64,000 nucleotides of DNA from Octopus sinensis. Taxonomy: Eukaryota. The stretch lies in contig NC_043009.1 in the NCBI RefSeq assembly GCF_006345805.1, positions 53,630,001 through 53,694,000 on the forward strand. Reading direction: 5' to 3'. Below are positions 26,660 through 39,476 of the stretch, piece by piece (the first letter of the stretch is position 1; every line of letters starts with the position of its first letter). The translations under genes and the position numbers were made by a program. The notes beneath the pieces are model-generated. The model did no database searches. It was not told the DNA's origin and saw nothing but the letters and a program-made list of their open reading frames with translations.

Positions 26660-27700
26660 GAGGGAAAGAGAAAGAAAGAAAGAGGGGTTGTGAGCGAGAA
26701 AGGAGAGAGGATATAGATATTGCTCCCTAAAACGGTCTGGTAATTTTGTACTCTCATTTGATTCATCCATCCTTTAAATCTGCCCGTCACTGACCATCAA
26801 CAAAAAATTTAATTCATATTACCTTTGCTAAATATTTACCAGACTGGATCATAGTATCGGTAGACTGCTGGGCAGATTATTTTGCATTATAATATGCGTC
26901 ATTAATTTCTTAATATGATATCGTATGAATCAAGGAAGATGTGACTACTATTTTCAGCATTCTTGTGACAACGTAGATGCCCTTTTTTGTTGATACGTTT
27001 GCAACTAGATATCACCCAGCGTAAATTAAAATCTGTATTTTATATTAATTTTAATTTATACCAATCTAGTTCCTGCTTAATTCTTTTTATTTTTTTTTGA
27101 ATAGTGCCGGAAATAAACGATTTAAAACACAGAAACAATTTATACTGCGTATGAATGTCTTGACTACTGTTGTGATTTATGCACCGCTTTCAACCAAACG
27201 ACTCATTAAACAAACGTAAATCATAGACATTCTATCAGGAATTTTCTATTTATTGTTCATACTGTTTAATAACTGAAGATGATCCAACATATATCGCCAT
27301 CAGTAGTTAAATGCTACTATTTTAATATCAACTTAAGACGGCGTGTTCCCAGAATAGATTGCTCGCAGGGCAAACAGTTCAGCACCCCTTTTACATTCCG
27401 AATTCAAATTCCGCCAATTACGACACTGCCTTTAATTTTTTAGGTGTTGTTGAAATACGCACCCTTTCAGTGCTAGTGTTGATCTAATCGATTAGTCCCC
27501 GACGCTAAGATTTCAGGCTTTATGTCTATATAAGAAAGAATAATAATATCAGCTTTAAGTGGCGAGCTGGTGCAACCGTTAGATATTTCTTCCCACGATC
27601 AACTTTGGCTTTCACCCTTCTGAAATCGATGAATGATATTAATTTCATGTTAAATTTCCATGCCTTTCTGGTAAAGTGTACACTTGCTAAAAGCTTAAAC

Positions 27701-27977
27701 CATGGGTTCCCAACCTTATTTTGGTTGTGGACTTCCTGAGAGCTGTCTTAACATTTGTGGATCCCATATATGCACATGTAAAGTTTTGAAATAGAATATT
27801 TGTTTATCGGTTAGTGAAAATTAACAATGAAACAATTTCGTTAAATGCATAACATTAATTCCAAGTACATAAATTGAAAATTTCGATAAATACAGGTACC
27901 TCTCCTAGTAAACAAAATTTATATATGAACCCACAAATTACAATTTTTTACTCGTGGACCCCGGTCGGGAACCCTTG
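27701..27977. mobile_element. hAT-type MITE
   Basis: TIRs CATGGGTTCCCAACC and GGTCGGGAACCCTTG. The 8-bp TSD is GCTTAAAC / GTTTAAAC (one mismatch). Confidence 0.8.
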
Positions 27978-28210
27978 GTTTAAACAATCAAAAATTAGGT
28001 TTTTACGTGGTCGCTCACCAGTTAGAAATTGCTGTCAAATCTTCCTCAAGTCACCCTAAATGAACCTATTTGCTCGACCTATTAGAAATAGAACCCATAT
28101 CATATGTGAACGCTTTAAAGACGGGCGCATAGGATAGGAAAGTCCAAGACTAAGAAAGCAAGAGGATATTAGCGGCTGGAGCATCTTCTTATATACGTGT
28201 GCATAAGCAG

Positions 28211-28452
28211 AGCTCATGTGGGGGTAGACAACATGTAGATCATCATCATCATCATCATCATCAACACCATTACAACATCATAATCAGCATCATCATGATT
28301 ATCATTACCACCACCACCACCATCATCATCATCAGCAGCAGCAGCAGCCGCCCAAGAAATTGGACCTGGAGATCTCCATTTCCAGCGACTTCGAGGGCCA
28401 CCGCCCAGTGGTGTTGGGCGTCATTGAAGAGCCCTCGACTACAACAAGATGA
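28211..28452 (+). CDS. Candidate terminal coding exon of an unidentified host gene, His/Gln-rich
   Basis: GC-rich island. With one C restored at about 28276 it reads SSCGGRQHVD(H)7QHHYNHHNQHHHDYHY(H)8(Q)5PPKKLDLEISISSDFEGHRPVVLGVIEEPSTTTR*. A possible acceptor is aagcag|AGC. No homologue recognised. Confidence 0.35.
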
Positions 28453-28922
28453 CCAAAGTTTTTATTCCAAGGTCTGGGGTCCCCCGCCCCTAAGCCCTAG
28501 AGTCTAGGGCCTAGACCATCACCTAATCACCCTTACACGTCTTGTTGCTTAACAACAACAACAATAACAAGCAGCAGCAACAGCAACAGCAACATCAACA
28601 ATATCTACAAAAGAATGTTTAACACAAACCTGACCTATTCAAGTGTTCAGGAGCAAAACTCGTTGAAGACCCCACGAAGAACCTGCTTACACTCTGATGC
28701 GAAAGTGATACCATGTTTTATACTTAATTTGTTTTGAAAGTATTTTAGTGTTCTCTTGTTATTTTCTTATACATTTTTTTTACTAATTACCGTTTGTATA
28801 TACTTATTGCTGTAATTCTGTATAGTGACTAATCACTTGGATATTTTTAGCGTTGGCTGCAACTCTGTTATTACTTCGTGGCTAGACTACAGGAAATGTT
28901 AGTGCCATAACTATATATCTGT

Positions 28923-29072
28923 CCATCATCATCATCATCATTGCCATCATCTCCAACACCATCGCCATCATCATCATCACCTTCATCATCATCATCATCA
29001 TCATCATCATGACTAATGCTATCATCGATATCGTTCTCAACATCCTTCTCGATCACCTCTTCATCGTCGTAC

Positions 29073-29112
<40 letters not shown>

Positions 29113-29240
29113 GTCGTCGTCATCATCATCATCATCGTCATCATCATCATCATCATCTTCATCGACATCGTCGTCGTCATTATCGTTGTTGTTGATATTG
29201 TTGTTGTTACTGTGGTGGTGGTGGTGATGGTGGTGGTAGT
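28923..29240. repeat. (CAT)n/(CGT)n/(TGG)n trinucleotide cluster
   Basis: Directly visible. Confidence 0.93.
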
Positions 29241-29559
29241 GGTCACCATCACTGCCATGGTCAACATCACCATTAGCATCACAAGCATGTATAACCGTTG
29301 ACATAACACCATCAACAATGCTAAAACCTCTGCACATTAACTCCGCTATCTAGAAATAGCAACCAAATCCCCTCTCAGCTCTTACCACCTCATCTTAAAA
29401 TAAAGAATGGGGAAAAGGTCAAATTAGAAAATATAAATTCCCAGACACTAACCAAACGACGCTGTAGGTCTCGTAGCCTTCTCAGTTTTATTCACAATCG
29501 TCATCAACTTGACTTGCTCCTTCAAATATCACACAGCCCCTTCTTTAAGTTCTCCAACT

Positions 29560-30245
29560 ATTATCGAGAATAGGTTGCTGGTGATACGCAATTTCTTAAT
29601 CGATATTGTTGTGGATTTGGGAAATGTGTAGAATTATTACATCCACATTTCCGTCGTTCATCAGCTGTTTCAATGTTCCTATAGAGTTATTCAAGCAACA
29701 TAAGCCAGATTCTTACCACCCATAAACCCAACTGGGTGTTAACCAAAGAGTCAATTTTAATCTTAATTTTTCCCTTGGTTAATCGTTCAATGATCTGCTT
29801 GCAAAACACATATTTTTAGCAGCAACTGCATGTTCTTTCCAATGGGTAATGTTATTGTTGCTCTTCAGTGTTGAGGGTTTATCACTGCAGGAAGAAGCTA
29901 CTGAATAACATTTACAACAGTTATCTTACGGCCATTTTCATCTACCTTTTAATTTTTAAGTTTTCATGTTTCCAATTAAATATTAGAAAGACTTCAACCG
30001 CTGTTGCAGTAACTCATATTATTATCGTTGATTCATTTTCATTTCTCATGTTGAAGCAAGCGATGGTTGTAGTTCCGTATGTTGATCTGTGGTCTTTATG
30101 GATTCAGATGGCCTTTAAACTTGCGTGTGCCCTAACGCGCTATTCACAACACAGGTGACTGCCCCATTCATTTTTTCCTCAAGGGATTTTGTGTTGCAGT
30201 CAGTGAAGTATTTCCTTGGAAGCATAGGCCTAATGTTCCAAATTG
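29560..30245 (-). mobile_element. Highly decayed CR1-like RT fragment
   Basis: Remnants of Q.GFM.G and NVDVI.L..S motifs on the minus strand, with many stops and frameshifts. Confidence 0.5.
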
Positions 30246-30300
30246 ATACATAAATACATGCATACATACATACACATGTACATACATGCATGCACATATG

Positions 30301-30363
<63 letters not shown>

Positions 30364-30847
30364 GTATACCTCATATATATATATATATATTTGCATATAT
30401 GTATGCATGTATGTGTGTGTACATATGTATGCATATATATACATATATACATATATATACATATATATATATATACATATATATATATACATGGTAAATG
30501 AAAGACCTAAGATGGATACATACGTATAAACATATAAATACACGCATGTACATATGTATATACACGAATATATATGCATGTATATGCAGATATATAAATA
30601 CACATATATACATATGTATGTACACACATATATTATATATGTATGTGTGTATCATCATCATTGGCTATTTCTTCTGTTTCTCCCTGAAACAATGGTCTTT
30701 CTATGCTGTTGTCTTTCATGACTAAGAAGGTCAAACCTTGTGTAATAGCTGGTGATACACTACTTCGCTTATTCCGGACACAACTGTGAGAGGGCTATTA
30801 TTGATAACGTTTTCTCTACCAAGTCATAATTGTGAATTGTTAAGAGA

Positions 30848-30890
30848 TTCAAGCATACCGGTTTCGTATGTTACTAATCATTGCTTTGAA
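30848..30890 (-). ncRNA. Minimal type I hammerhead ribozyme motif, A3:U8 core variant
   Basis: Minus strand: UUCAA(A)GCA AUGAUUA GUA aca UAC GAAA CCGG UA UGCUUGAA. Stem I 8 bp with one bulge, stem II 3 bp, palindromic stem III. Confidence 0.65.
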
Positions 30891-30916
30891 TACATCTATT
30901 CATTGCTTTGAATTAC

Positions 30917-30953
<37 letters not shown>

Positions 30954-30984
30954 ATATATATTATATATATATATATATATAGAT

Positions 30985-31235
30985 AAATGTAAAAAAACAC
31001 AAACTGGGACAAGAACGCAAAACATTTAGAGGACGATACAAAAAAACGGACGAGACATTCGAAGCCTTCGATCTTCAGTCAAAAACCGGATCATCTTCGC
31101 AATTTCGGCTGATTAATTTTGAGATTGCTCCGACCTGGCCAGCCCCAAAGGAAAATCTAAGCCAAGCGCATTAGATTCCTTGGAAGAAAGCCTCGAATGT
31201 ATACAAAACAAGGACGGGAACGAATAAAATATTTA
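30985..31235. mobile_element. Probable Penelope-type pLTR fragment embedded in (TA)n
   Basis: Non-coding 250-bp segment flanked by (TA)n on both sides, next to the 30848 hammerhead motif. Confidence 0.4.
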
Positions 31236-31301
31236 TAAATATATATATATATGCATGTATGCTTATATATATATATACATATATATATATGTTTATATAT
31301 A

Positions 31302-31680
31302 GGCGCAGGAGTGGCTGTGTGGTAAGTAGCTTGTTTACAAAACACATGGCAACTTGGGCGAATGTCTTCTACTATAGCCTCGGGCCGACCAAAGCCTTGT
31401 GAGTGGATTTGGTAGACGGAAACTGAAAGAAGCCCGTCTCATATATGTATATGTGTGTGTGTGTTTGTGTGTCTGTGTTTGTCCCACTAGCATTGCTTGA
31501 CAACCGATGCTGGTGTGTTTATGTCCCCGTTACTTAGCGGTTCGGCAATAGAGACCGATAGATAAGTACTGGGCTTACAAAAGTATAAGTCCCGGGGTCG
31601 AGTTGCTCGATTAAAGGCGGTGCTCCAGCATGGCCGCTGTCAAATGACTGAAACAAGTAAAAGAGTAAAAGAGAAAAAGA
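31302..31680 (+). mobile_element. CORE-type SINE (family B) with a deletion in the tRNA head
   Basis: Same consensus; the B-box segment is missing. Confidence 0.9.
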
Positions 31681-31683
31681 GTA

Positions 31684-31732
<49 letters not shown>

Positions 31733-32050
31733 CTATATAGATAAAAGACGTAGAAAGGCTGTGAGGATAACTTGGTAGATCGGGTAGATGCCGTTTAGAA
31801 AACGGTGAAAAGTGGCCTGCAAACCTCCGCAGGGAATCGGAGGATTGCCAGCCACATTTGGCCACTTTTTTCAACTTCCTAAAAGGTATTTACCCGAATT
31901 TCTAATTTGTTTCCATAGTATTGCTTGCTAGCGAATTCTTTTGTTTATGTAAAATACCGACATATGCAGCGCTTTATAAGTTGTTTACAATATAAATATA
32001 TAAATATATATGCACACACATATAAATGCACACACACACCACACACACAC

Positions 32051-32089
<39 letters not shown>

Positions 32090-32642
32090 GCATAAATATT
32101 ATGTGTATGTGTGTATACAAGCATACATACATTTATACACACGTGCGCACATATATATAAAGACACCATGTTTGATAGTTTTAATGTCATCTGCCGTGAT
32201 TTTGTTTTTTCACGAACATCAACCAGAAATACTTTATAATCTATCATTTTATCTAAATGACAAGGAACCATCTTGACTGCAGAACACCTTCCCACATCCA
32301 TACCAGCCTCCAGTTGTTATAGCTTATACAATGGAGGGTGGGTGCCATGGCAGCGTGAGAATGAGCTGAAAAATCTCTCAGAATATTTCCAAGCCAATCT
32401 TTCAAAAGATTAGCTCCAACTGATCCGTCCAAGATGAAATGCTCGCCAAAACAATTTCGGAGCCTAGAAACAGCTAAATGATTAAATTAGTAGTCGTATA
32501 CATACACAATACATACATACATACATACATACAAACATACAAACATATGTGTATATATATAGATGTGTGTGTGTGTGTGTATGTGTGTGTATATATGTAT
32601 GTATAGGCATATATAGATACAGATACACACACACACATACCA

Positions 32643-32681
<39 letters not shown>

Positions 32682-32866
32682 ATATATATATATATAAATA
32701 TACATGCATGCATACATACGTTATCCTACGAAAAAAATCTAATTCTGTACAAGGAATATCACACGCATACACACATATTAGAAACACAAATCTTTACTTT
32801 TCTCCGTGCACACACACACACACAACACACACACACATACACAACGTGTATGTGTATATATTATAT

Positions 32867-32902
<36 letters not shown>

Positions 32903-33954
32903 AAATAAAAATACACACCAAACACAAACACACACATATATATAATTTATATATATACATATACGTATGCATACATGTTGTTTGTATATGTAAGTGTGCA
33001 TATATTTAAGTATATCCTTATCTATCTATGTTTCTAGCTGTCTTACTATCTGCTTTTTTATCTATCGTACTATCAATCTGCTTGTGTGTTTACGTGCTTA
33101 TAGATATATACGCATATACATATATATATATATATATACGAACATACGTGCATATCGATCTATCTATATCTCCCCTCTCTCTCTGTCTAGATAAATATAT
33201 ATATACATGTATATACATATATAGATTATATATATATACACTCACACCACACACCACACACTATATATATATATATACTCAAAATAAGCAACAAGAATGA
33301 CTCCGGTAATTTGGTACATCGTTCCACTACATCATTTTATAAATGTTGTAAGTATTACAACAGATTTAAGATGCGAGTACTCATCAGCCAATATATATAT
33401 ATTATATATATATATATATATATACTACATACATAATATACATATTATACATACATACATGACATACATACAGACATACATACATACATATATATATTAA
33501 TACAGATATATATATATATATATATATAATAAATATAGGGAATAAATCCAAATTTACAGGGAAAAATCAGATTTAGGATTAAATCCAATTTTATAGTAAA
33601 ATATTATAAAATATTATTAGAGACAAAACCACTATTTTGCAAAACAAACAAGGAAAGACTTAATCAATACATAAAATTTTAATAAATATATATATATATA
33701 TGCATATATATACATAAATACGTACATTCACTCATATATACATATATGCACATGCATATACATAAGGTTGTCAAATGTGTGTACCTTTCTATTCTTACCA
33801 TCATCATGACCAGCACTCTTTCATCCACCTCCTGGCACTTCAATCACGACCATGACCTGCACTATCGGCGGCATCAGCGCAATTCCCACATGCAACGGCA
33901 CTAACATAATCAGCACAAAGACGCACACACACGCATAGATATTTGCATACATAT

Positions 33955-34100
33955 ATGACTTGCTTCTTTCAGCTTCTATCTACCAAATCTGCTCACAAAT
34001 CTTTAATCGTCCCGAGGCTATAAGATAAGAGAATTTCCTTAGGTACCACACAGTGGGACTGAATCCGGAAGTATGTGGTTGGGAAGCAAATTTCTTCACA
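33955..34100 (-). mobile_element. Family B SINE 5' half, diverged
   Basis: Degenerate CORE and tRNA head. Confidence 0.65.
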
Positions 34101-34199
34101 CCTCTAGAGACCCAAAGCTGTATACTCACCTGCACTTGTTACCCCCTCTACTTCTACACATTCCCACGAGAGACAGTTTTAGAAAATAATAGCCGACTA

Positions 34200-35319
34200 A
34201 AAGTAGGAACTAAATTTCAGTCAACTTGCACCATATATAGAAGGCAGGTAATTTTGGACAACATAATCGTAGTTTTAACGTATCTGAAAGTATAAAAGTG
34301 TGGCCAGGTTAGGGGCAACTATGATTGGGGATCAGCTGTACCTGGGAAAATCCAGGGCTTTACAATGAGAACAGCTACTATTATTCCAATATTGGTTCAG
34401 GAAGCCCATATCATCTCTGATGAAACTGGGGACTAATTTACACGATGTAATCATTGTGACACTCTGTAGTCATTAAAGAAGCTGACAAATCAGGAGCCAT
34501 TGGAATTAGGGACAAAACCTGTTATTCAGAATGGTTCTAGAACATTTAAATCATAAACATTTCTACAAATAATTAGAAACTAACCACTAATCAACAATGG
34601 ACAAAACTGGAAATTTAGCGGGCAAAATGATTTCATGTAAAAGGATTTGAGGAACCACAATAATTTTCTGGTAAATACAAGCAGCTTTTATGAATAAACA
34701 AAACTCCATCAATCTAAAGAAATCAATAACAGCTTAAATACTTCCATATACCATGTGTGAAAATTCCCAAATCATCTGACTGAAAATTACTTTAGAGCGT
34801 ACATCTATCAAACGACGATTTGATATAATTATGAACTCATTGTGTAAATTAGTCCCCAGAAAGAGTAAATATAGTGACAATTCTGGTTAATTTCGATGTA
34901 ACCAGGCTCTACACAAATATGCTCATATATTAGAAATAGAAGCAGTATAATTCTGAATAGAAAATACCCACAAAGAATTCAGAAGATATTCTCGAATGAT
35001 TCCCAAAAGAAGGATCGTGATTCATACTATAAAACAACTACTTCTTTTTCATAATCAATATTGCCTAAAGGTATAAGGCACAGTAATGGAGAATAAAGTT
35101 GCACCAACATTTTTGACTCTCGGAGTATTATTCCTGGGAAACAAGAGTCTATAACATATCTGGAAATTCTTTAATCAACATTTTCAATCCTATTCAATAG
35201 GAAAAGATCCTTAGATCTGGATCATGACTGCTTCATGTCTTGGAATAAAGGATGCCCCTACGAGAGTACTTTATGGCAATGAATGAAAGGATACTTCTTT
35301 TATGGACATCCTGTTAATC
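34200..35319 (+). mobile_element. Decayed Penelope-like element, RT region (runs into the gap)
   Basis: IKEADKSGAI.I.DK, TILVNFDVTRLYTN and G..M.NKVAPTF.TL motifs of PLE reverse transcriptase. Confidence 0.8.
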
Positions 35320-35419
35320 NNNNNNNNNNNNNNNNNNNNNNNNNNNNNNNNNNNNNNNNNNNNNNNNNNNNNNNNNNNNNNNNNNNNNNNNNNNNNNNNN
35401 NNNNNNNNNNNNNNNNNNN
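35320..35419. other. Assembly gap (exactly 100 N)
   Basis: The N run has a fixed placeholder length, so the true distance across it is unknown. Confidence 0.99.
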
Positions 35420-35588
35420 AGTGCATTGAAGAGCCGTACACCTTTGAAACCTAACCTACATACATAATACCTGGGCCTAAATTAAGATGAAGTGAATGGT
35501 ACCTTAGGTACAATACAACCACACACACACACACACACATATACACAGAGACACACACACCACGAGACCCACACCACACACACATATA

Positions 35589-35636
<48 letters not shown>

Positions 35637-35973
35637 ATCACGTGACCGACCAGGGTATCAGATGTTACTACACATCACTGGTCACAATGCGCATCGCATT
35701 GATTTAGTCTTCAAATGACGCCACCCCGCTGGCTAAGCGAGCAGGCCATTTCTGTGGTTTTACTGAGATCTCCCTTTTAGTAGAAAGAATAGCTATAACT
35801 CTTTGACTGCTATTTCTAAATTCGGTGTGTGGTGAGGCAAATCATTGCTAAACCCTTAATTACTTAGTATTACTTAAACTTTCCTCGAATGAGGCTTTTA
35901 CATGCCGAAATCTACTTGGTGAAATTAATGATTATTCCAAATTAATTAATTTCACCTATATTATTACTTATAT

Positions 35974-36005
<32 letters not shown>

Positions 36006-36331
36006 CATACATACATAATATATATGCATTTATAATATATATACATATGTATATATATATACACACAAACATACACAGACACACACACACACACGCACGC
36101 ACACAGATACACAGACACACACACACGAACATCTATATATTCTTACCTACAGAATAAAAACAAGCATTGGCTGAAAAAAATGTATTCGATAGATGAATTC
36201 ACTCGCATATTTATTATAGATTTCTTGACAGCCACCTAAAACTTTCGCAGTTCGTGTTTGTTCAAATTGACAGATTCAATAAGCCATCACGGAAAAAAAA
36301 ACTCTCTTAGCCAATGAAAACAATCGTAATA

Positions 36332-36368
<37 letters not shown>

Positions 36369-36479
36369 ATATATATATACTTACTTTGATACTTTGATAG
36401 GTTTCGGCCATTATTGGCCCAGGCCATGTCTAACTTAATAGCACCACCTGGTGAAGTCTTTCAAGTCAGAATTTGGGCA

Positions 36480-39476
36480 CTATGCCCACTCAAGTAGAGA
36501 GTTATTGTTTACAGAGACATATCCGGGTGTAGGGGGTTTATCCGGGATTTCTTGAAGGAATCTGTCCAAAGACTTCTTGAACCCTATAGGGTCAGTTTCT
36601 GTTTTTATGCGTTTTGGTGTAATGTTAAAGAGAGCGGGGCCAATTGAGGTGAAATAATTGTGCCGTATTGTTGTTATGAGATGAGAGTGCGATTTTTGTT
36701 TTTGGGCGGATGGCACGGGGCCCAAGCCTTGGATGTACCTTAAAGGTGATGCCAACATCATTTGGGCAATGCTGATGGAATATTTTCCACATCATGCAGA
36801 TGATGTAGCGCTCACGACGACGTTGGAGAGAATAGAGTTTTAGCTTTTCTAGTCGACCCCAATAGTCGAGGCCTGTCATGCCATCTATCTTTTTTGTGAT
36901 TGCCCTTTGAGGTGCTTCGACTTTTATGATACCTTGTATTGTGTGGGGAGACCACAGTGGACAACAGTATTCAAGGTGGGGTCGGGCAAAAGTGGAGAAG
37001 AGAAGGATAATGGTGTGGATATCTCTCGACTGGAAAGTTCTGAGAATCCAGGAACACATTCTGCGGGCCATGTCAACTTTGGTGTTTATATGAGTGGCCC
37101 AGCTTACGTTGTTGTCCACAATTACTCCCAAGTCTCTGATGTTGTTGGACGCCGTGAGAGTTTCACCTGAAGGAAGGGAGTATGGGAGTTTCAGGGCATC
37201 CTCTTTTCCAAAGTGGATTAGCTCAAATTTATCCTCGTTCAGCAGCATATTGTTTTTTTCTGCCCATTGGATAACAGCCAGTAGATCTGACTGAAGGCAT
37301 GTCCGGTCACTCGCCTCATTTATGACCTTCTGTAGCTTGGAGTCATCTGCAAAGATTTTTATGTTGCTGTGCTTGATGATGTCATTAATGTCATTAATGT
37401 AAATGATGAAAAGAAGTGGGCCCAGCACAGTGCCTTGCGGAACGCCACTACTGACTTTGGCTGGGCTTGATTTTACCCCTTCAACTACAACATGTTGAGA
37501 TCTGTCTGTCAGGAAACACTTAATCCATTCAGTAACTTTCCAGAGACACCAATGTTGGATAGTTTTTTCAATAGGATCTTGTGATCGACCCTGTCGAAGG
37601 CCTTACTGAAATCAAGGTAGATGACATCGGTGTTGGAGCCCTCTCCCAAAGCTCTCAAAATGTCCTCAAAGTGATGCAGGAGCTGCGTTAGGCAGTCCCT
37701 TCCATTACGGAACCCATGTTGGTTGGAGATCAGCCGTCTGTTGCTTTCCAGAAATTGGGTTATTCGAGATCTCACCACCCTCTCAAATACCTTGATGATA
37801 TGAGAGGTGAGTGAGATCGGACGGTAATTCACTGCAAGGGACTTGTTTCCCTTTTTGAAAACTGGGACAACAGACTGGGACAGAAGGTTTTTTGGAATAT
37901 AGCCAGCATCCAGTGAGTTTCTCCACAGATTAGCAAGGGGAGATGCAAGTTGGTGTCGACACACCTTCAGGACACAAGCAGGGAACCTATCGGGGCCTAC
38001 TGCTGAATGTGTTTTTATTTCGTTTATCGCCGCTAAGACATCAGGGGCACTAAACGTTTGTCCGATATAGTGTGTTGGGGGTTGACATCACTGATACAGC
38101 CCAGATCGGCCATATCAGGATTGCTGAAAACAGAGCAGTATTGTTTCTGCAGTATCTCGGCCATGGATTTGGCATTATCTTGGAGAGTGCCAGTTTCGTC
38201 AATTAGAGGGCCTACAGTGGAGACAGTGACCCTGCGTTCCTCGCAAATGAAAAGAACACTTTGGGGTTGAGTTTGATTTTTTTCAATGGCCCACTTCTCC
38301 TCAGCTGATCTTTGGTTATTGATGAGGGTCTTCATGCATTGTTGGAGGTTATATTTTTTGGATTCAAGCAGTGCGATAGCTGTCGAATGTGTGTGTTGCT
38401 GTTGGCAGTACTTTAGTTTGTTAATTTTTTTGTTTGTTCTTTTTATTTTTCTGATAATGGTTTTTCTGTTTTGGGGGATTCTGCACTTTTTGTTCACAGG
38501 TCTTGGTGGGGAGTGTTTTGCACATATGTCTGTGACGGTGTCTACAAAGATCTGCCAAGATGTTTTATGGTTGGTGGAGATGTGTGTATGTGTAAAGGAC
38601 CAGTCAACATTTGATAGCTCGTTCCTGATTGCATCCCAGTTGGCTTTATGGAGATCCATGTTGTCAAATGGTGGGCTGGAGGAAGTCACTAGGATTAGCT
38701 TTCGGCTGGTGGAATTTCATGTTACAGAGAACCATGTCATGGTCTGAAAGAAGGGTTTTTTCCACTGTAACGTTATGTATAGTGTTAGTGTGGTTACTAA
38801 ACACTAGGTCCAAAATGTTCTGATGTCTTGTTGGTGCAAGGACAAGTTGGGACAAGAAAAACTCATTCGTAAAGTCGAAAAGTGACTCTGCTGCTTCTTT
38901 GTCAGCGGTTGAGGCGGGAGTGCTTGGTTTCAAAACAGTTTGTAGTCCAGTCAACACAGGGTAGATTGAAGTCTCCCATCATGAGTATGTTGCTAGAATG
39001 GCACTGTTGAATAAAGCACTTAATGCTGTTGAGGCATTCTTTAAAGCACAGTATGGGTGTTGGGGCGGCCTATAGAGTCCAATTACTGTCAGATCATTGG
39101 CTTTGTTGTGCACGGTGACTGATTCACAGTAGCCGTTGGAGAATATACTATTTCCATCTGCCGTAAATGAATCATGCAGGAAAATGGCAGTTCCACCCTT
39201 CCTCCTGCCGATACGATCCGCGCGGGGTTGTGAAATTCTTCACTCTCACTTCGGCTTCCAAGTGGGAGTTGTCAAGGTGGGTCTCATGAGAATGAAGAAA
39301 GGGATGTGGTGTGAATGGTTACCAACCCAGTCTTCAATGAATTGGACCTTCCATTTTTGTGCATTGATGGAAGGGCTGACACCTTGTGCATTGAGTAGGA
39401 ATGTGGAGGTTAGTGTAGTGGCTGGTTTTGACTGTTGCAGGGGGCTTGGATTTTTTGTGTGTGTTAGTGGCAGCAA
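36480..39476 (-). pseudogene. LINE ORF2 (APE endonuclease + reverse transcriptase), split by about 9 small indels
   Basis: ORF-track pieces 39246-39476, 38664-38957, 38033-38689, 37509-37964, 36625-37428 and 36480-36761 join into one CR1-type ORF2 when 1-2 nt indels are corrected. Confidence 0.9.

Noticed and set aside
31055-31095. CUGAAGA..GAA motif on the minus strand as another hammerhead
   Set aside because: Stem II does not close on the core and position 15.1 is not A.
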